A stretch of 64,000 bases of DNA. It comes from Kofleriaceae bacterium (GTDB taxonomy: Bacteria; Myxococcota_A; Polyangia; Haliangiales; Haliangiaceae). How positions within the stretch are numbered: the first letter of the stretch is position 1; each line of letters starts with the position of its first letter. Location: the NCBI GenBank assembly GCA_046597055.1, contig JBKJLC010000222.1, forward strand, positions 25,586-89,585, read 5' to 3'. The position numbers and the translations under genes are program-made. The notes below the pieces were generated by a model. It was not told the DNA's origin, did no database searches, and was given only the letters and a program-made list of their open reading frames with translations. Positions 9,131 through 27,725 of the stretch are shown one piece after another.

Positions 9131-12100
9131 TCACCGCGCCGTGCGGCGGGCGAGCACGACGTAGCCCTCGGCCTCGGCCTGCCGGCGCGCGGCCTCGAAG
9201 CGCTTGCGACCCTTGCCCAGCTGCGCCTCGAGCTGACCGAGCGTCACGCGCAGCGCCAGCGCGCGCCCGCCGAACCCGTGGCGCTCGGCGTCGGCCAGCG
9301 CCGCGGTCACCACCGGCACCGCCGCGCGTCGTTCGGCTGCGCTGCCGGCCGTCGCCACCTGGCCGGCGGCATCGGCCACGACCATCCGGACATCGAACAC
9401 CTCGCTGGTCTCTACCAGCGCGAGCGCCCGCGCGGCCAGCGGCGCGGCGGCCTCCGGGGCCAGCGCGCGCGCCTCGACCGCGAGGGCGACGGCGACGCCC
9501 TCGGCCAGCTCGAAGCGCGCGTAGCTGGCGCCGGCGTCGCGGGCCAGCCGGGCGGCCTCGGCTGGCTGGCCGGCCTGGAGCGCGATCTCGGCCAGCTGCA
9601 GCACGCCCAGCGGCTCGGTCATGCGCTGCCCGGACTCGCGCCGGATCCGTTGCACGCGGTCCACCAGCGCCCGGGCTTCGTCGAGCCGGCCGTGCGCGAT
9701 GGCGATGTCGGCCAGCCACTGCAACGGAAACGCCGCATACGGCTGCGCGGTGACCTCGAGCTGCGCCAGCAGGCTGTTCAGCTCGGCGACCGGCTCGTCG
9801 AGGCGGCCGCGGGCGCGCTGCACCAGCGCCAGCCCCATGCGCGGGAACGCCGTGTACGGCAGGTTCCCGTGGCGCTCGAACGTCTGCCGCGATCGCTCGG
9901 AATAGGCCGCCGCAGCGTCCAGCTCGCCGGCGAACACGTACGCCAGGCCCAGGTAGTACTCCGCCCACCCGGTCCGGTGCGACGACCCGATGGCGGTGCC
10001 GATCGCCAGGGCCTCGTCGGCATGGCCGCGCGCCACGGTCAGTCGCCCGGCCGACATCTCGAGCCACGACAGCTCGGACAGCATCTCGCTGATCGCCGCC
10101 TGGTTACCGACCTCGCGGCGGATCGCCAGCGACGCCTCGTACAGGGCGCGGGCGACCCGCGGCTCGCCACCCTGCAGGCGCACCAGGCCGAGCGCCATCA
10201 GCGCTTCGCTCTCGAGGCTGCGCGCGTTCAGCTCCGACGCGATCATGCGCTGCTCTTCGAACGCCGCCGCCGCCGCGGCGATATCGCCGAGGAAATAGCG
10301 GGCCCAGCCCTCCTCGGACCGGCCGGCGGCGATGGTCAGCCGCGCACCGCGCACCCGCCCCTTGCGCACCGCCTCCGCCGCCGCCCGCAGGCGGAGCTCG
10401 GCGTCGCCGAGGCCGGCGGCGCCGGCCGCCTCGAGCAGATCGATGAGCGGGCTATCCCCGAGCGGCGGCGGCAGCGCCCGCAGCGCGGCCACCGTCTCCA
10501 GCGCGGCCGGGCCCTGGCCGGCGACGAACTGCGTGCGCGCCAGCATGAGCCCGTGGTCGAGGTTGTCGGGAAAGAACCGCCACAGCGTCTGGTAGATCTC
10601 CAGGGCCTGCTCGGTGGCCCCGAGGGTGGAGCGGTAGCGCGCCTCGATGACCAGGCGATCCTCGCGGGTCAGCCCCTCCGACCGCTCGTAGGCGCGCCGG
10701 GCCGCCTCGGCGGCACGGCCGTCATACCCGAGCTGCCACCACGCTTCGGCGAGCGCGGCGTGGGCGACCGCGAGCCGGTCATCGGCGGCGATCGCGGCGA
10801 TGAACGCATCGCGGGCCGCCAGCGGGTCGAACCGACGCAGCGCCGCCGCACCCTCGGCGTAGCGCTGCATCGCCTCGGGATTGCGCGGGAACGCCGCCGG
10901 CTGGCGCTCGACGCTGGTGCCAGCCGGCTGGGCGACCCCCAGCCGCGCGCGCACGCGGGTCCCGAGGCGAGCCACCATATCGAGCAACTCGCGGCCCGTG
11001 CCGCTCTCGGCGAGCCCGGCGACGATCGCCGTCGACTCCTGGATCCGCACGTCGACGCGCAGCTGGCCACCGACGTCGACATACTGGCCGTAGATCAGCA
11101 CGTCGGCGCCCAGGATCGTCCGCAGCCGGGCGCGGGTCGCCACGCCATCGGGTGCCTGCTGCTCGGCGCGGGTCAGCTCGAGCGCGGCGCGCGCCACCTG
11201 ATCGCGCGGGATCACGCGCAGCGCCTCGCCGGCCCCCAGCTCGGTCGCCAGCATCTCGGTCAGGCCGGCGCCGATCCACGCCGCGTCCGGCTGACCGGAC
11301 AGGTTGCGGAAGTCGAGCACCGCCACCGAGCGCCGGGCCACGACCGCCGACGACGACGACGACGGCGCCAGCGCCGGCGCGCGCCCGCGGCTGGCCACCA
11401 GCGCCAGCCCGGCCGCCATCACCAGCGCCGTGACCGCCAGGTAGACGCCGCGGCGGCGCGGCGGGCTCAGCCGCCTCGCCAGCGCGGCCGGCGGCGGCCG
11501 GCGCGCCGGATCGCGCGCCAGGCAGGCGCGGATGACGTCATCCCAGCGCCGCTCGAGCGCGGGGACCAGGCTGCGCGGCGACGGCTCGGCACCTACCTGC
11601 GAGCTCGGGGCCGGACGACGGCCGGTCACCAGCTCGAACAGGACGACGCCGAAGGCGTAGACATCGGTCGCCGGCGTGGCCTCGCCACCCGCGGCCTGTT
11701 CGGGTGCCATGTACGCCGGCGTCCCGGCGACGCCGCCGTGGGCGTCCGGACCCGGCTCGTCGAGCGTGTCGTGGGCCAGGCCGAAATCGGTGACGACCGC
11801 GCCGCGGGTCGTCAGCACCACGTTGGCGCTCTTGAAGTCGCGGTGCACCACGCCGGCGCCGTGGGCGGCGTCGAGCGCCGCCGCCATGTCGCGCACCAGG
11901 GGCAAGGCGTCGCGCGGGTGGAGCGGACCCGTGCGGACCAGCCGCTGGGCGAGCGTCTCGCCGTCGAGCAGCTCCATGGTCAAGAAGGTCGTGTCGCCGT
12001 GGCGACCCAGGTCGAACGCGCGGCACACGTGGGGATGGGTGATCTTGCGCGTGAGCAAGATCTCGCGCTTGAACCGCTCGAGGATGCCGGGGCGGTCGAG

Positions 12101-12295
12101 GACGGCGGCCCGCACCGTCTTCAGCGCCACCCGATCGTGCAGCTCGAGATCGTCGACCTCGTAGACCTCACCCATGCCGCCCTGCGCGAGAAAGCGCACC
12201 ACCCGGTAGCGGCCGGCCAGCAGATCGCCGGCGGCGAAGACGGGCGCGGCCTCGCTCCGGCTCGGGGTGCCCACGGCACTTTGGGTCTCGTCCAT
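9131..12295 (-). CDS. Membrane Ser/Thr protein kinase with TolB/FlgO-like and TPR domains
   Basis: LAQGGMGEVY, VALK, HRDFKSANV, DFGLA, GTPAYMAPE; TM helix; SVAVLDFRNLSG; TPR-like repeats. Confidence 0.92.
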   Translation of the reverse strand: MDETQSAVGTPSRSEAAPVFAAGDLLAGRYRVVRFLAQGGMGEVYEVDDLELHDRVALKTVRAAVLDRPGILERFKREILLTRKITHPHVCRAFDLGRHGDTTFLTMELLDGETLAQRLVRTGPLHPRDALPLVRDMAAALDAAHGAGVVHRDFKSANVVLTTRGAVVTDFGLAHDTLDEPGPDAHGGVAGTPAYMAPEQAAGGEATPATDVYAFGVVLFELVTGRRPAPSSQVGAEPSPRSLVPALERRWDDVIRACLARDPARRPPPAALARRLSPPRRRGVYLAVTALVMAAGLALVASRGRAPALAPSSSSSAVVARRSVAVLDFRNLSGQPDAAWIGAGLTEMLATELGAGEALRVIPRDQVARAALELTRAEQQAPDGVATRARLRTILGADVLIYGQYVDVGGQLRVDVRIQESTAIVAGLAESGTGRELLDMVARLGTRVRARLGVAQPAGTSVERQPAAFPRNPEAMQRYAEGAAALRRFDPLAARDAFIAAIAADDRLAVAHAALAEAWWQLGYDGRAAEAARRAYERSEGLTREDRLVIEARYRSTLGATEQALEIYQTLWRFFPDNLDHGLMLARTQFVAGQGPAALETVAALRALPPPLGDSPLIDLLEAAGAAGLGDAELRLRAAAEAVRKGRVRGARLTIAAGRSEEGWARYFLGDIAAAAAAFEEQRMIASELNARSLESEALMALGLVRLQGGEPRVARALYEASLAIRREVGNQAAISEMLSELSWLEMSAGRLTVARGHADEALAIGTAIGSSHRTGWAEYYLGLAYVFAGELDAAAAYSERSRQTFERHGNLPYTAFPRMGLALVQRARGRLDEPVAELNSLLAQLEVTAQPYAAFPLQWLADIAIAHGRLDEARALVDRVQRIRRESGQRMTEPLGVLQLAEIALQAGQPAEAARLARDAGASYARFELAEGVAVALAVEARALAPEAAAPLAARALALVETSEVFDVRMVVADAAGQVATAGSAAERRAAVPVVTAALADAERHGFGGRALALRVTLGQLEAQLGKGRKRFEAARRQAEAEGYVVLARRTAR

Positions 12296-12452
12296 ATGCA
12301 GCCGGGCGCGCGCGGCACGGCGCAGCGCCCGACCATACATACCATCGGGGTCGCGGGTCGGCCGGCCCCCAGCTATGTCGGCGACGAACCTCCCGAGCTG
12401 GCGAGGGTCGACCGCAGCGCCGCAGCGGCGCCGGCGCGTGGCTGCCCAGCGG

Positions 12453-13631
12453 TCAGAAGCGGATCTGCCAGCGCTGATCGTAGGCGGCGGGCGTCGCGCA
12501 GGTCCGCTGCTCGACGGGACGCACCTGGTTGCGGTTCCAGCCGTCGACCGACAGGCACAGCGAGGGCGCCGAGAGCGGCGACAGCCGCTGGTAGGCCGGG
12601 CCCGGCCAAGTCGAGCCCGGCCAGCTGGAGATCGCCCAGCGCTGGTTGGTCGTGCCGTTGCAGTGAGCCTGCTGGAGGTCGCGGCCGCTGACCGTCGAGG
12701 TGTCAGGCACGTCGACGCACATGCCGCTGGTGTCGGCGACGATCTGCGGGGTGGTGGCGCCAGTCGAGCGGTCGAGCCAGAACCGCTGGGCCTGGCCGCC
12801 GTGGCACGGGACGTACTGGATCGACGCGCCCGCGAACGGGCTGCCGTCGGCGACGTCGAGGCAGCTGTTGACCTCGGGTGGCAGCGGGGCGCGGCCGCCG
12901 AGGAGGAACTGGGTGGAGATCCGCACCGGGCGCGCGCCGGGCACCCGGCGCAGCGCGGACAGCGCCGAGATGCGCGCGATGAAGTCGGCGTCCGCGGCGT
13001 AGGGCCGGACCCGGATCCCGCCGCCGGGCGCGACCACGACGTAGCCAACCGACCTGGGTGCCGCCGGCGACGGGTCGATACACGGGATGCCGGCGTCGAT
13101 GGCCGTGATCCGCGAGCGGGCATCGGCCATCGTGACGGTGAGCTCGCCGTCGACCACGCCGGCAGTGACCACCGCCGAATTGATCTGCACCGGCGTGCTG
13201 CCGCCCGCCGACAGGCCGACACAGCGCAGGTTGCGGCCGAGCCGCAGCGGCGTCGCCACGTCGATCGCCGGCCCCGGCGTGAGGAACTGGCTCGCGACCT
13301 GGATGATCGCGCCGGGTCCGATCATGTTGATGTGGCGCGCGGCGAGCACGAGCGGCGGGTTGCTGTCCCACTGCTCGACGGTGACGCCGGCCGGCGCGAC
13401 GCCGTCGACCCAGAGGTCGTGCACGAACACCAGATCGGGCGCGATCACCAGCGCGGCGTGGCGATCGCCGCCGGCGACCCGAACGCCGACGTACCAGGAC
13501 TCGTTCGGCGATCCGTTGCCGCTGTTGAACACGGCGCCCGTGTCGGGCTCGTCGAGCGCGGGCTGGTCGAGGCAGGCCGAGGTGCCAGCGAGGAGGGCGA
13601 GGAGCGGGATCGGAAGGTGGCGATGGTTCAT
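12453..13631 (-). CDS. Lipoprotein with degenerate trypsin-like region and C-terminal ricin-B lectin domain
   Basis: GTSAC lipobox; CLDVAD...AQRFW, GMCVDV...NQRW, LCLSV...DQRW (QxW repeats). Confidence 0.8.
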   Translation of the reverse strand: MNHRHLPIPLLALLAGTSACLDQPALDEPDTGAVFNSGNGSPNESWYVGVRVAGGDRHAALVIAPDLVFVHDLWVDGVAPAGVTVEQWDSNPPLVLAARHINMIGPGAIIQVASQFLTPGPAIDVATPLRLGRNLRCVGLSAGGSTPVQINSAVVTAGVVDGELTVTMADARSRITAIDAGIPCIDPSPAAPRSVGYVVVAPGGGIRVRPYAADADFIARISALSALRRVPGARPVRISTQFLLGGRAPLPPEVNSCLDVADGSPFAGASIQYVPCHGGQAQRFWLDRSTGATTPQIVADTSGMCVDVPDTSTVSGRDLQQAHCNGTTNQRWAISSWPGSTWPGPAYQRLSPLSAPSLCLSVDGWNRNQVRPVEQRTCATPAAYDQRWQIRF

Positions 13632-13646
13632 CGTGGACGGCGGTAG

Positions 13647-13662
13647 TGCAACCCGAGCGCCA
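13647..13662 (-). promoter_or_regulatory. sigma54 (-24/-12) promoter of ricin-lectin lipoprotein gene
   Basis: Minus strand TGGCGCTCGGGTTGCA = TGGC-N7-TTGCA, 15 nt before ATG. Confidence 0.7.
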
Positions 13663-13890
13663 GCCGCCTGACGGCGGAACTCCTCGAGTTTCCGCCGCCG
13701 GTCACAGGAGGGCCGTGGCGCGCGCCGCGACGTCCCATGGGACATGCGCCAGGACTTCGGGCGCCGGGTGCAGCGCGTGAGGCTCGGCAACGCGAGGGCT
13801 TCGAGCCGAGCGTCGTCGGGGTCGCGCCAGGACGCGCCAAGGCGCGGCGCCGGACCTGACGGCGCCCGTACTCGATGCCATGCTGCGCAC

Positions 13891-14870
<980 letters not shown>

Positions 14871-14874
<4 letters not shown>

Positions 14875-15596
14875 CCGCGGCGGTCGTCAGGTTCGACCGG
14901 CCCGATCGGCTCGCCCGCGCCGCCGCCGACCAGCTCGCGGCGATCGCGACCGCGGCGGTCGCCGCGCGCGGCGGCTGCAGCATCGCGCTGGCTGGCGGCT
15001 CGACCCCGCGGCGGCTGTACCAGGTGCTGGCCGCGCGCGGGCGCGCGGCGCTGCCGTGGGACGCGGTCGATCTTTGGTGGGGCGACGAGCGCACCGTGGC
15101 GCCCGATCACGCCGACTCGAACTACGGGACGGCGCGGGCGGCGCTGATCGAGCCGCTCGGCCTGGCGCCCGATCGGGTGCACCGCATCGCCGGCGAGCAC
15201 GCCGACCCCGAGGTGGCGGCGGCCGCGTACGAGCGGGCCCTGGTCGCCGCGCTCGGGGCACCGCCGGTGTTCGACCTGGTGCTGCTCGGCATGGGCGCCG
15301 ACGGTCACACCGCGTCGCTGTTCCCGGGCAGCGCGGCGCTCGCCGAGACCGCGCGCCTGGTCGTCGCCAGCCGGGTGACCTCGCCGCTGGTCGGCGGCGC
15401 GACGACCCGGATCACGCTGACCGCGGCGGCGCTGTCAGCGGCGCGGCACACGCGCTTCCTGATCACCGGCGCCGACAAGGCCGCGGTGGTGGCCGCCGTG
15501 TTGACTGGCCCACCCGGTCGGTTTCCGGCCCAGCGGATCGCCGGTCCCGATCTGGTCTGGCTGATCGACGAGGCGGCCGCTGCCGGCCTGCCGTGA
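14871..15596 (+). CDS. pgl: 6-phosphogluconolactonase
   Basis: [40 protein letters not shown] overlap with gnd. Confidence 0.95.
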
Positions 15597-15634
15597 CCAC
15601 CGTGCCCAGGCGCGCCACCAAAGGAGCAACCTTC

Positions 15635-17194
15635 ATGACGGCACCCGAACCTCCGCGCCCCCTGGCCCCGATCCCGTCGGTGATCGGCGAGATCCTGGGC
15701 GAGGCGCCCGGCAAGCGGCGGCGTCCCGATCCGATGGCGATCGTGATCTTCGGCGCGACCGGTGACCTCACCAGCCGCAAGCTGGTGCCGGCGCTCTACA
15801 ACCTGATGGTCGACCGCTTGCTGAGCGAGCCGACCGTGATCATCGGCCTCGGCCGCAACGACCTCGGCGCGGCGGCCTTCGCGGCCCAGCTGCGGCCGGC
15901 GGTCATCGAGCACTCGCGTCAGCCGGTCGAGCCCGCCGCGTGGGACAAGTTCGCCGGCATGCTCGACTTCATCGGCGGCGAGTTCGCCGACGACGCGATC
16001 TACCTCGCGCTCAAGACCCGGCTCGAGGCCGCCGCCGCCCAGGGCACCCAGGGCAACCGGATCTTCTACCTGGCCGTGCCGCCGGCCGTGTTCACGCTCG
16101 TGATCGAGAAGCTGCACCAGCACCAGCTGGTCGAGCGCGCCCCGAAGGGCGCCGGTGGCCCGGCGTGCCGGGTGATCGTCGAGAAGCCGTTCGGTCGCGA
16201 TCTCGCCTCCGCGCGCGCGCTCAACGAGCTGATCGGCCGCTACCTCGACGAGCGCCAGATCTACCGGATCGATCACTACCTCGGGAAGGAGACGGTCCAG
16301 AACATCCTGGTGCTGCGCTTCGGGAACTCCATCTTCGAGCCAATCTGGAACCGCAACCACGTCGACTTCGTCGAGATCACCGCGGCCGAGACGATCGGCA
16401 TCGAGGGCCGCGGCGGGTTCTACGAGTCGACCGGCGTGCTGCGCGACGTCATCCAGAACCACCTGCTCCAGGTCATGTCGCTGGTGACGATGGAGGTGCC
16501 GGCATCGTTCTCCGCCGACGACATCCGCGACGAGAAGGCGCAGGTCCTGCGCTCGGTGCGGCCGCTGACCCTCAACGAGGTCGCCAACGACTGCGTGCGC
16601 GGCCAGTATCGCGGCTACCGCGAGGAGCACGGCGTCGCGCCCGACTCGCAGATACCGACCTACGCGGCGATGCGGTTCATGATCGACAGCTGGCGCTGGC
16701 AGGGCGTGCCGTTCTACCTGCGTGCCGGCAAGGGCCTCGCCGAGCGGGTCACCGAGGTCCTGATCCACTTCAAGTCGGTGCCGCTGATGCTGTTCAAGGA
16801 AGAGGCCGCCGGCAGCGTGCTGCAGCCGGCGGTGCTGACCTTGCGGATCCAGCCCCAGGAGGGCGTCTCGCTGCGGTTCATGGCCAAGGTGCCGGGCGAG
16901 AACATCCAGGTCGGCAGCGTGGTGATGACCATGAACTACGCCGACGCGTTCCACCGCCCGATCGCCGAGGCCTACGAGCGCCTGCTGCTCGACTGCATGC
17001 GCGGTGACGCGACCCTGTTCAACCGGCGCGACACCGTCGATCGCGCCTGGCAGCTGATCGAGCCGGTGCTCCAGGTCTGGGAGGCCACCCCGGGCGTCCT
17101 CAGCTACGAGCCGGGTAGCTCGGGCCCGCCGGCCGCCGACGAGATGATGGGCCGCGACGGCCGCAGCTGGCGCGAGCTGGTCAAGACGCCCTGA
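15635..17194 (+). CDS. zwf: Glucose-6-phosphate 1-dehydrogenase
   Basis: IFGATGDL, EKPFG, YRIDHYLGKE, RDVIQNHLLQ, WQGVPFYLRAGK; AAGGAG SD. Confidence 0.97.
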   Translation: MTAPEPPRPLAPIPSVIGEILGEAPGKRRRPDPMAIVIFGATGDLTSRKLVPALYNLMVDRLLSEPTVIIGLGRNDLGAAAFAAQLRPAVIEHSRQPVEPAAWDKFAGMLDFIGGEFADDAIYLALKTRLEAAAAQGTQGNRIFYLAVPPAVFTLVIEKLHQHQLVERAPKGAGGPACRVIVEKPFGRDLASARALNELIGRYLDERQIYRIDHYLGKETVQNILVLRFGNSIFEPIWNRNHVDFVEITAAETIGIEGRGGFYESTGVLRDVIQNHLLQVMSLVTMEVPASFSADDIRDEKAQVLRSVRPLTLNEVANDCVRGQYRGYREEHGVAPDSQIPTYAAMRFMIDSWRWQGVPFYLRAGKGLAERVTEVLIHFKSVPLMLFKEEAAGSVLQPAVLTLRIQPQEGVSLRFMAKVPGENIQVGSVVMTMNYADAFHRPIAEAYERLLLDCMRGDATLFNRRDTVDRAWQLIEPVLQVWEATPGVLSYEPGSSGPPAADEMMGRDGRSWRELVKTP

Positions 17195-17442
17195 CCGGGG
17201 ACGACCGATCCGGCTCGGTCTGCGAGCCCGACCCCGGAACTCGAGGTCGACGCCCGGGAGCGAGCGCCCCAGCCTCAACCCGCGAGGGTCGCGTATCCGC
17301 AAGCACATGATCCAGCATGCCGGTAGCGGGGCCCTGAGAAGATCTGCTGTGTCGAAATGCTGTCATCTGGAGGAACGAGCGGGCGGTGATTGCCATTCGG
17401 CCGCGCCGGGACCATCGTGCCGTCAACCTTGGGGAGGTCCTT

Positions 17443-18222
17443 ATGATCCGAGCTCTGTTGGCATTCCCGTGCTGTGTCTTCACCCTGCTTGCCACGACCG
17501 GCTGCATGACAGATGAGCTGGGCAGTACCCAGCAGGAGTCCCATTCGTGGGGCGGCTATCACTGGGCACGAACCAGTAATCCGTTCCGCCTCCAGATCGG
17601 AGACAACGTCTCGAGTCAGTGGGACGCCTACCTGAACACGACCGTCAGCGACTGGAGCAAATCGACGGTGCTCGACACGGTCAAGGTCGTCGGCGCCGCC
17701 TCCGGCCGACGCTGTCGGGGCACCACCGGCCGGGTCGAGGTGTGCAACGCCGCCTACGGCAGCAACGGTTGGCTGGGCGTCGCGTCGATCTCGGCCAGCG
17801 GCGGCCACATCACGCAGGGGACGGTGAAGCTGAACGACACCTACTTCAGCACGGCGAAGTACGACACCCCGGCGTGGCGCAACCTGGTCAGTTGCCAGGA
17901 GGTCGGCCACACGCTGGGGCTCGATCACCAGGACGAGAACTTCGAGAACACGCCGCTCGGCACGTGCATGGACTACTCGAACGATCCGGTACCCAACCAG
18001 CACCCCAACACCCACGACTACGACCAGCTCCAGACGATCTACCAGCACCTCGACTCGACGACCACGGTCGGTGCGGCGACCACGAACACCAACGGCGCGG
18101 GCGACGCGCCGGCCGACTGGGGCCGTCTGGTGTCGTCCACGCGGAATGGCCAGCACGAGACCTACGTCCATCAGCACGGCGATCAGACCGTCGTCACGTT
18201 CGTGACCTGGGCCGAAGAGTGA
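17443..18222 (+). CDS. Secreted/lipoprotein matrixin-like metallopeptidase homolog (QExxH variant)
   Basis: GGAGG SD; TTGC lipobox-like; CQEVGHTLGLDHQ plus Met-turn GTCMDY. Confidence 0.75.
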   Translation: MIRALLAFPCCVFTLLATTGCMTDELGSTQQESHSWGGYHWARTSNPFRLQIGDNVSSQWDAYLNTTVSDWSKSTVLDTVKVVGAASGRRCRGTTGRVEVCNAAYGSNGWLGVASISASGGHITQGTVKLNDTYFSTAKYDTPAWRNLVSCQEVGHTLGLDHQDENFENTPLGTCMDYSNDPVPNQHPNTHDYDQLQTIYQHLDSTTTVGAATTNTNGAGDAPADWGRLVSSTRNGQHETYVHQHGDQTVVTFVTWAEE

Positions 18223-18344
18223 CCTGCCGTCGACGCTCGCCACCGACCTGACACCGACCTCCGAGCCCGCCGCCACGTCCCGATGAACAGGGGCGATCGC
18301 GACCGGCGTCGCGGCCACCCGGGCTCGGGCGGATCCAGCCGGCC

Positions 18345-18809
18345 TCAACGGATCACGAATGAGAGCCGCGTCCGCGTCACGCCGTCGAGCCCGGGCTCGA
18401 GCTGCTCATCCGCGCCGGCGACGGTCGCGCGCCAGAAGTCGAGCGCGCTGGCGTTTTCGGGACGGACGGTGAACGTCCACGGGCCCGGGCGGGTCGAAAA
18501 CATCGCCCGCGCGGCCGCGTCGCCGACGCCCGCCCGGCGGGCACCGGCCACGACGAAGAACTCCTCGACGTGCCAGCGCCCGCCGTCGTCGCGTCTCACC
18601 AGCGCGAAGCCGAGCGGCCTGCGCTGGTCTCCGAGGAACAGGAACGCCGCGCGCGACGCTCGATCCCGGTAGTCGGGCAGCTCGTCATAGACGAACAGGG
18701 CGTCCTCGCCGATCGACGCGGGAAGGAGCGCGCTCCACTCGTGCATGTAGAGCTGGAGCAGGCGCCCGAGCCGGGCGTCGTCGGCGTCGACCTGGACCAG
18801 CTCGACCAT
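18345..18809 (-). CDS. GNAT family N-acetyltransferase
   Basis: EEFFVVAGARRAGVG, NASALDFW. Confidence 0.85.
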   Translation of the reverse strand: MVELVQVDADDARLGRLLQLYMHEWSALLPASIGEDALFVYDELPDYRDRASRAAFLFLGDQRRPLGFALVRRDDGGRWHVEEFFVVAGARRAGVGDAAARAMFSTRPGPWTFTVRPENASALDFWRATVAGADEQLEPGLDGVTRTRLSFVIR

Positions 18810-18941
18810 CGCGAACCCAGGATGCCACACGGGGCCGGGCTGACACCGGACGGCGCGCGCCCCGTCCGACGTCTGCCAGGTAGTCGCGCCGTCAGCTCCC
18901 GCGCAGGGGTGACGGCGCGCTCGGCCACAGCGCCGCGCCGG

Positions 18942-26738
<7,797 letters not shown>

Positions 26739-26951
26739 GATCCCTCTGCGGCGCGGGCGAAGGTCCAGAGCGGGAGCCGCGTCTCGCGCGCCTCCCTCCG
26801 AGGCACGTCCACGCAGTCCCGCAGCTGCCGAATCCGGCTCGGAGCGTAACACCGCGCGCGACGTCGTCACGACGCGGCGGCCGCGAAAACGCGAGTGACT
26901 GCCGCCGGCTTCGCCGGGTGAGAGCCGCACGCACCGTGGTAAGCAAACGCC

Positions 26952-27725
26952 GTGGTGCCGGTCGAACCGCTCGCTGACGTCCTGTACGAAGACGCCGAGC
27001 TGATCGCGGTGGCCAAGCCCGCGGGAGTCGCGGTCGTGCCCGAGCGCGACGAGGCGGCGACCGCGTGTCTGCGCCACCAGCTGGAGGCCGCGCGTGGTGA
27101 GCCACTGTGGGTGGTCCACCGCATCGACAAGGACACGTCGGGGCTCGTCCTGTTCGCGCGGTCGGCCGCCGCGCACCGGTGGATGAACGACGCGTTCGCC
27201 GAGCGGCGAGTCGCCAAGCGCTACGTGGCATTCGCAGCCGGCGACCTGCCGGGCGAGCGAAGCGTGGACCTCGTGCTGGTGCCGGCGCGGCGGGGCAAGG
27301 CCCGGCCGGCGGCGGCGGGCGAGGCCGGGGGCAAATCCGCGGTCACGCATCTGCGGGGCGTGCGGCGGTGGCGGCGGGGCGATGATGTGGTGACGCTGTG
27401 CGAGGCGCGGCCCGTCACCGGACGGCATCATCAGATCCGCGTGCACCTGCGCAGCCTGGAGGCGCCGATCCTGTTCGATCCGCTGTACGGGAAGCGGACG
27501 CTGCGCGGGGCTTACGAAGGCGCGCCGGCCGGGCGGCTGGCGTTGCACGCGGAGGCGATCGAGCTGCGGCGGCCTGACGGGCGGGTGCTGTCGGTGGTCG
27601 CGCCGTGGGCGGCGGATCTGATCGCGCTGCGTGGGTGGCTGGATGGGACGTGGACGGAGGTGGGGACGGAGAGGGACGGGGAGATCGGGACGGAGATGGC
27701 GAACGAGAAAGAGACGAGTTCATGA
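26952..27725 (+). CDS. RluA-family RNA pseudouridine synthase
   Basis: VLYEDAELIAVAKPAG, VHRIDKDTSG, TGRHHQIRVH, DPLYG, LALHA. Confidence 0.93.
   Translation: MVPVEPLADVLYEDAELIAVAKPAGVAVVPERDEAATACLRHQLEAARGEPLWVVHRIDKDTSGLVLFARSAAAHRWMNDAFAERRVAKRYVAFAAGDLPGERSVDLVLVPARRGKARPAAAGEAGGKSAVTHLRGVRRWRRGDDVVTLCEARPVTGRHHQIRVHLRSLEAPILFDPLYGKRTLRGAYEGAPAGRLALHAEAIELRRPDGRVLSVVAPWAADLIALRGWLDGTWTEVGTERDGEIGTEMANEKETSS

Noticed and set aside
27645..27700. Short GGGACGGAG-like repeats and local G-richness at the rluA 3' end
   Set aside because: Low-complexity coding tail with no evidence of a separate element.
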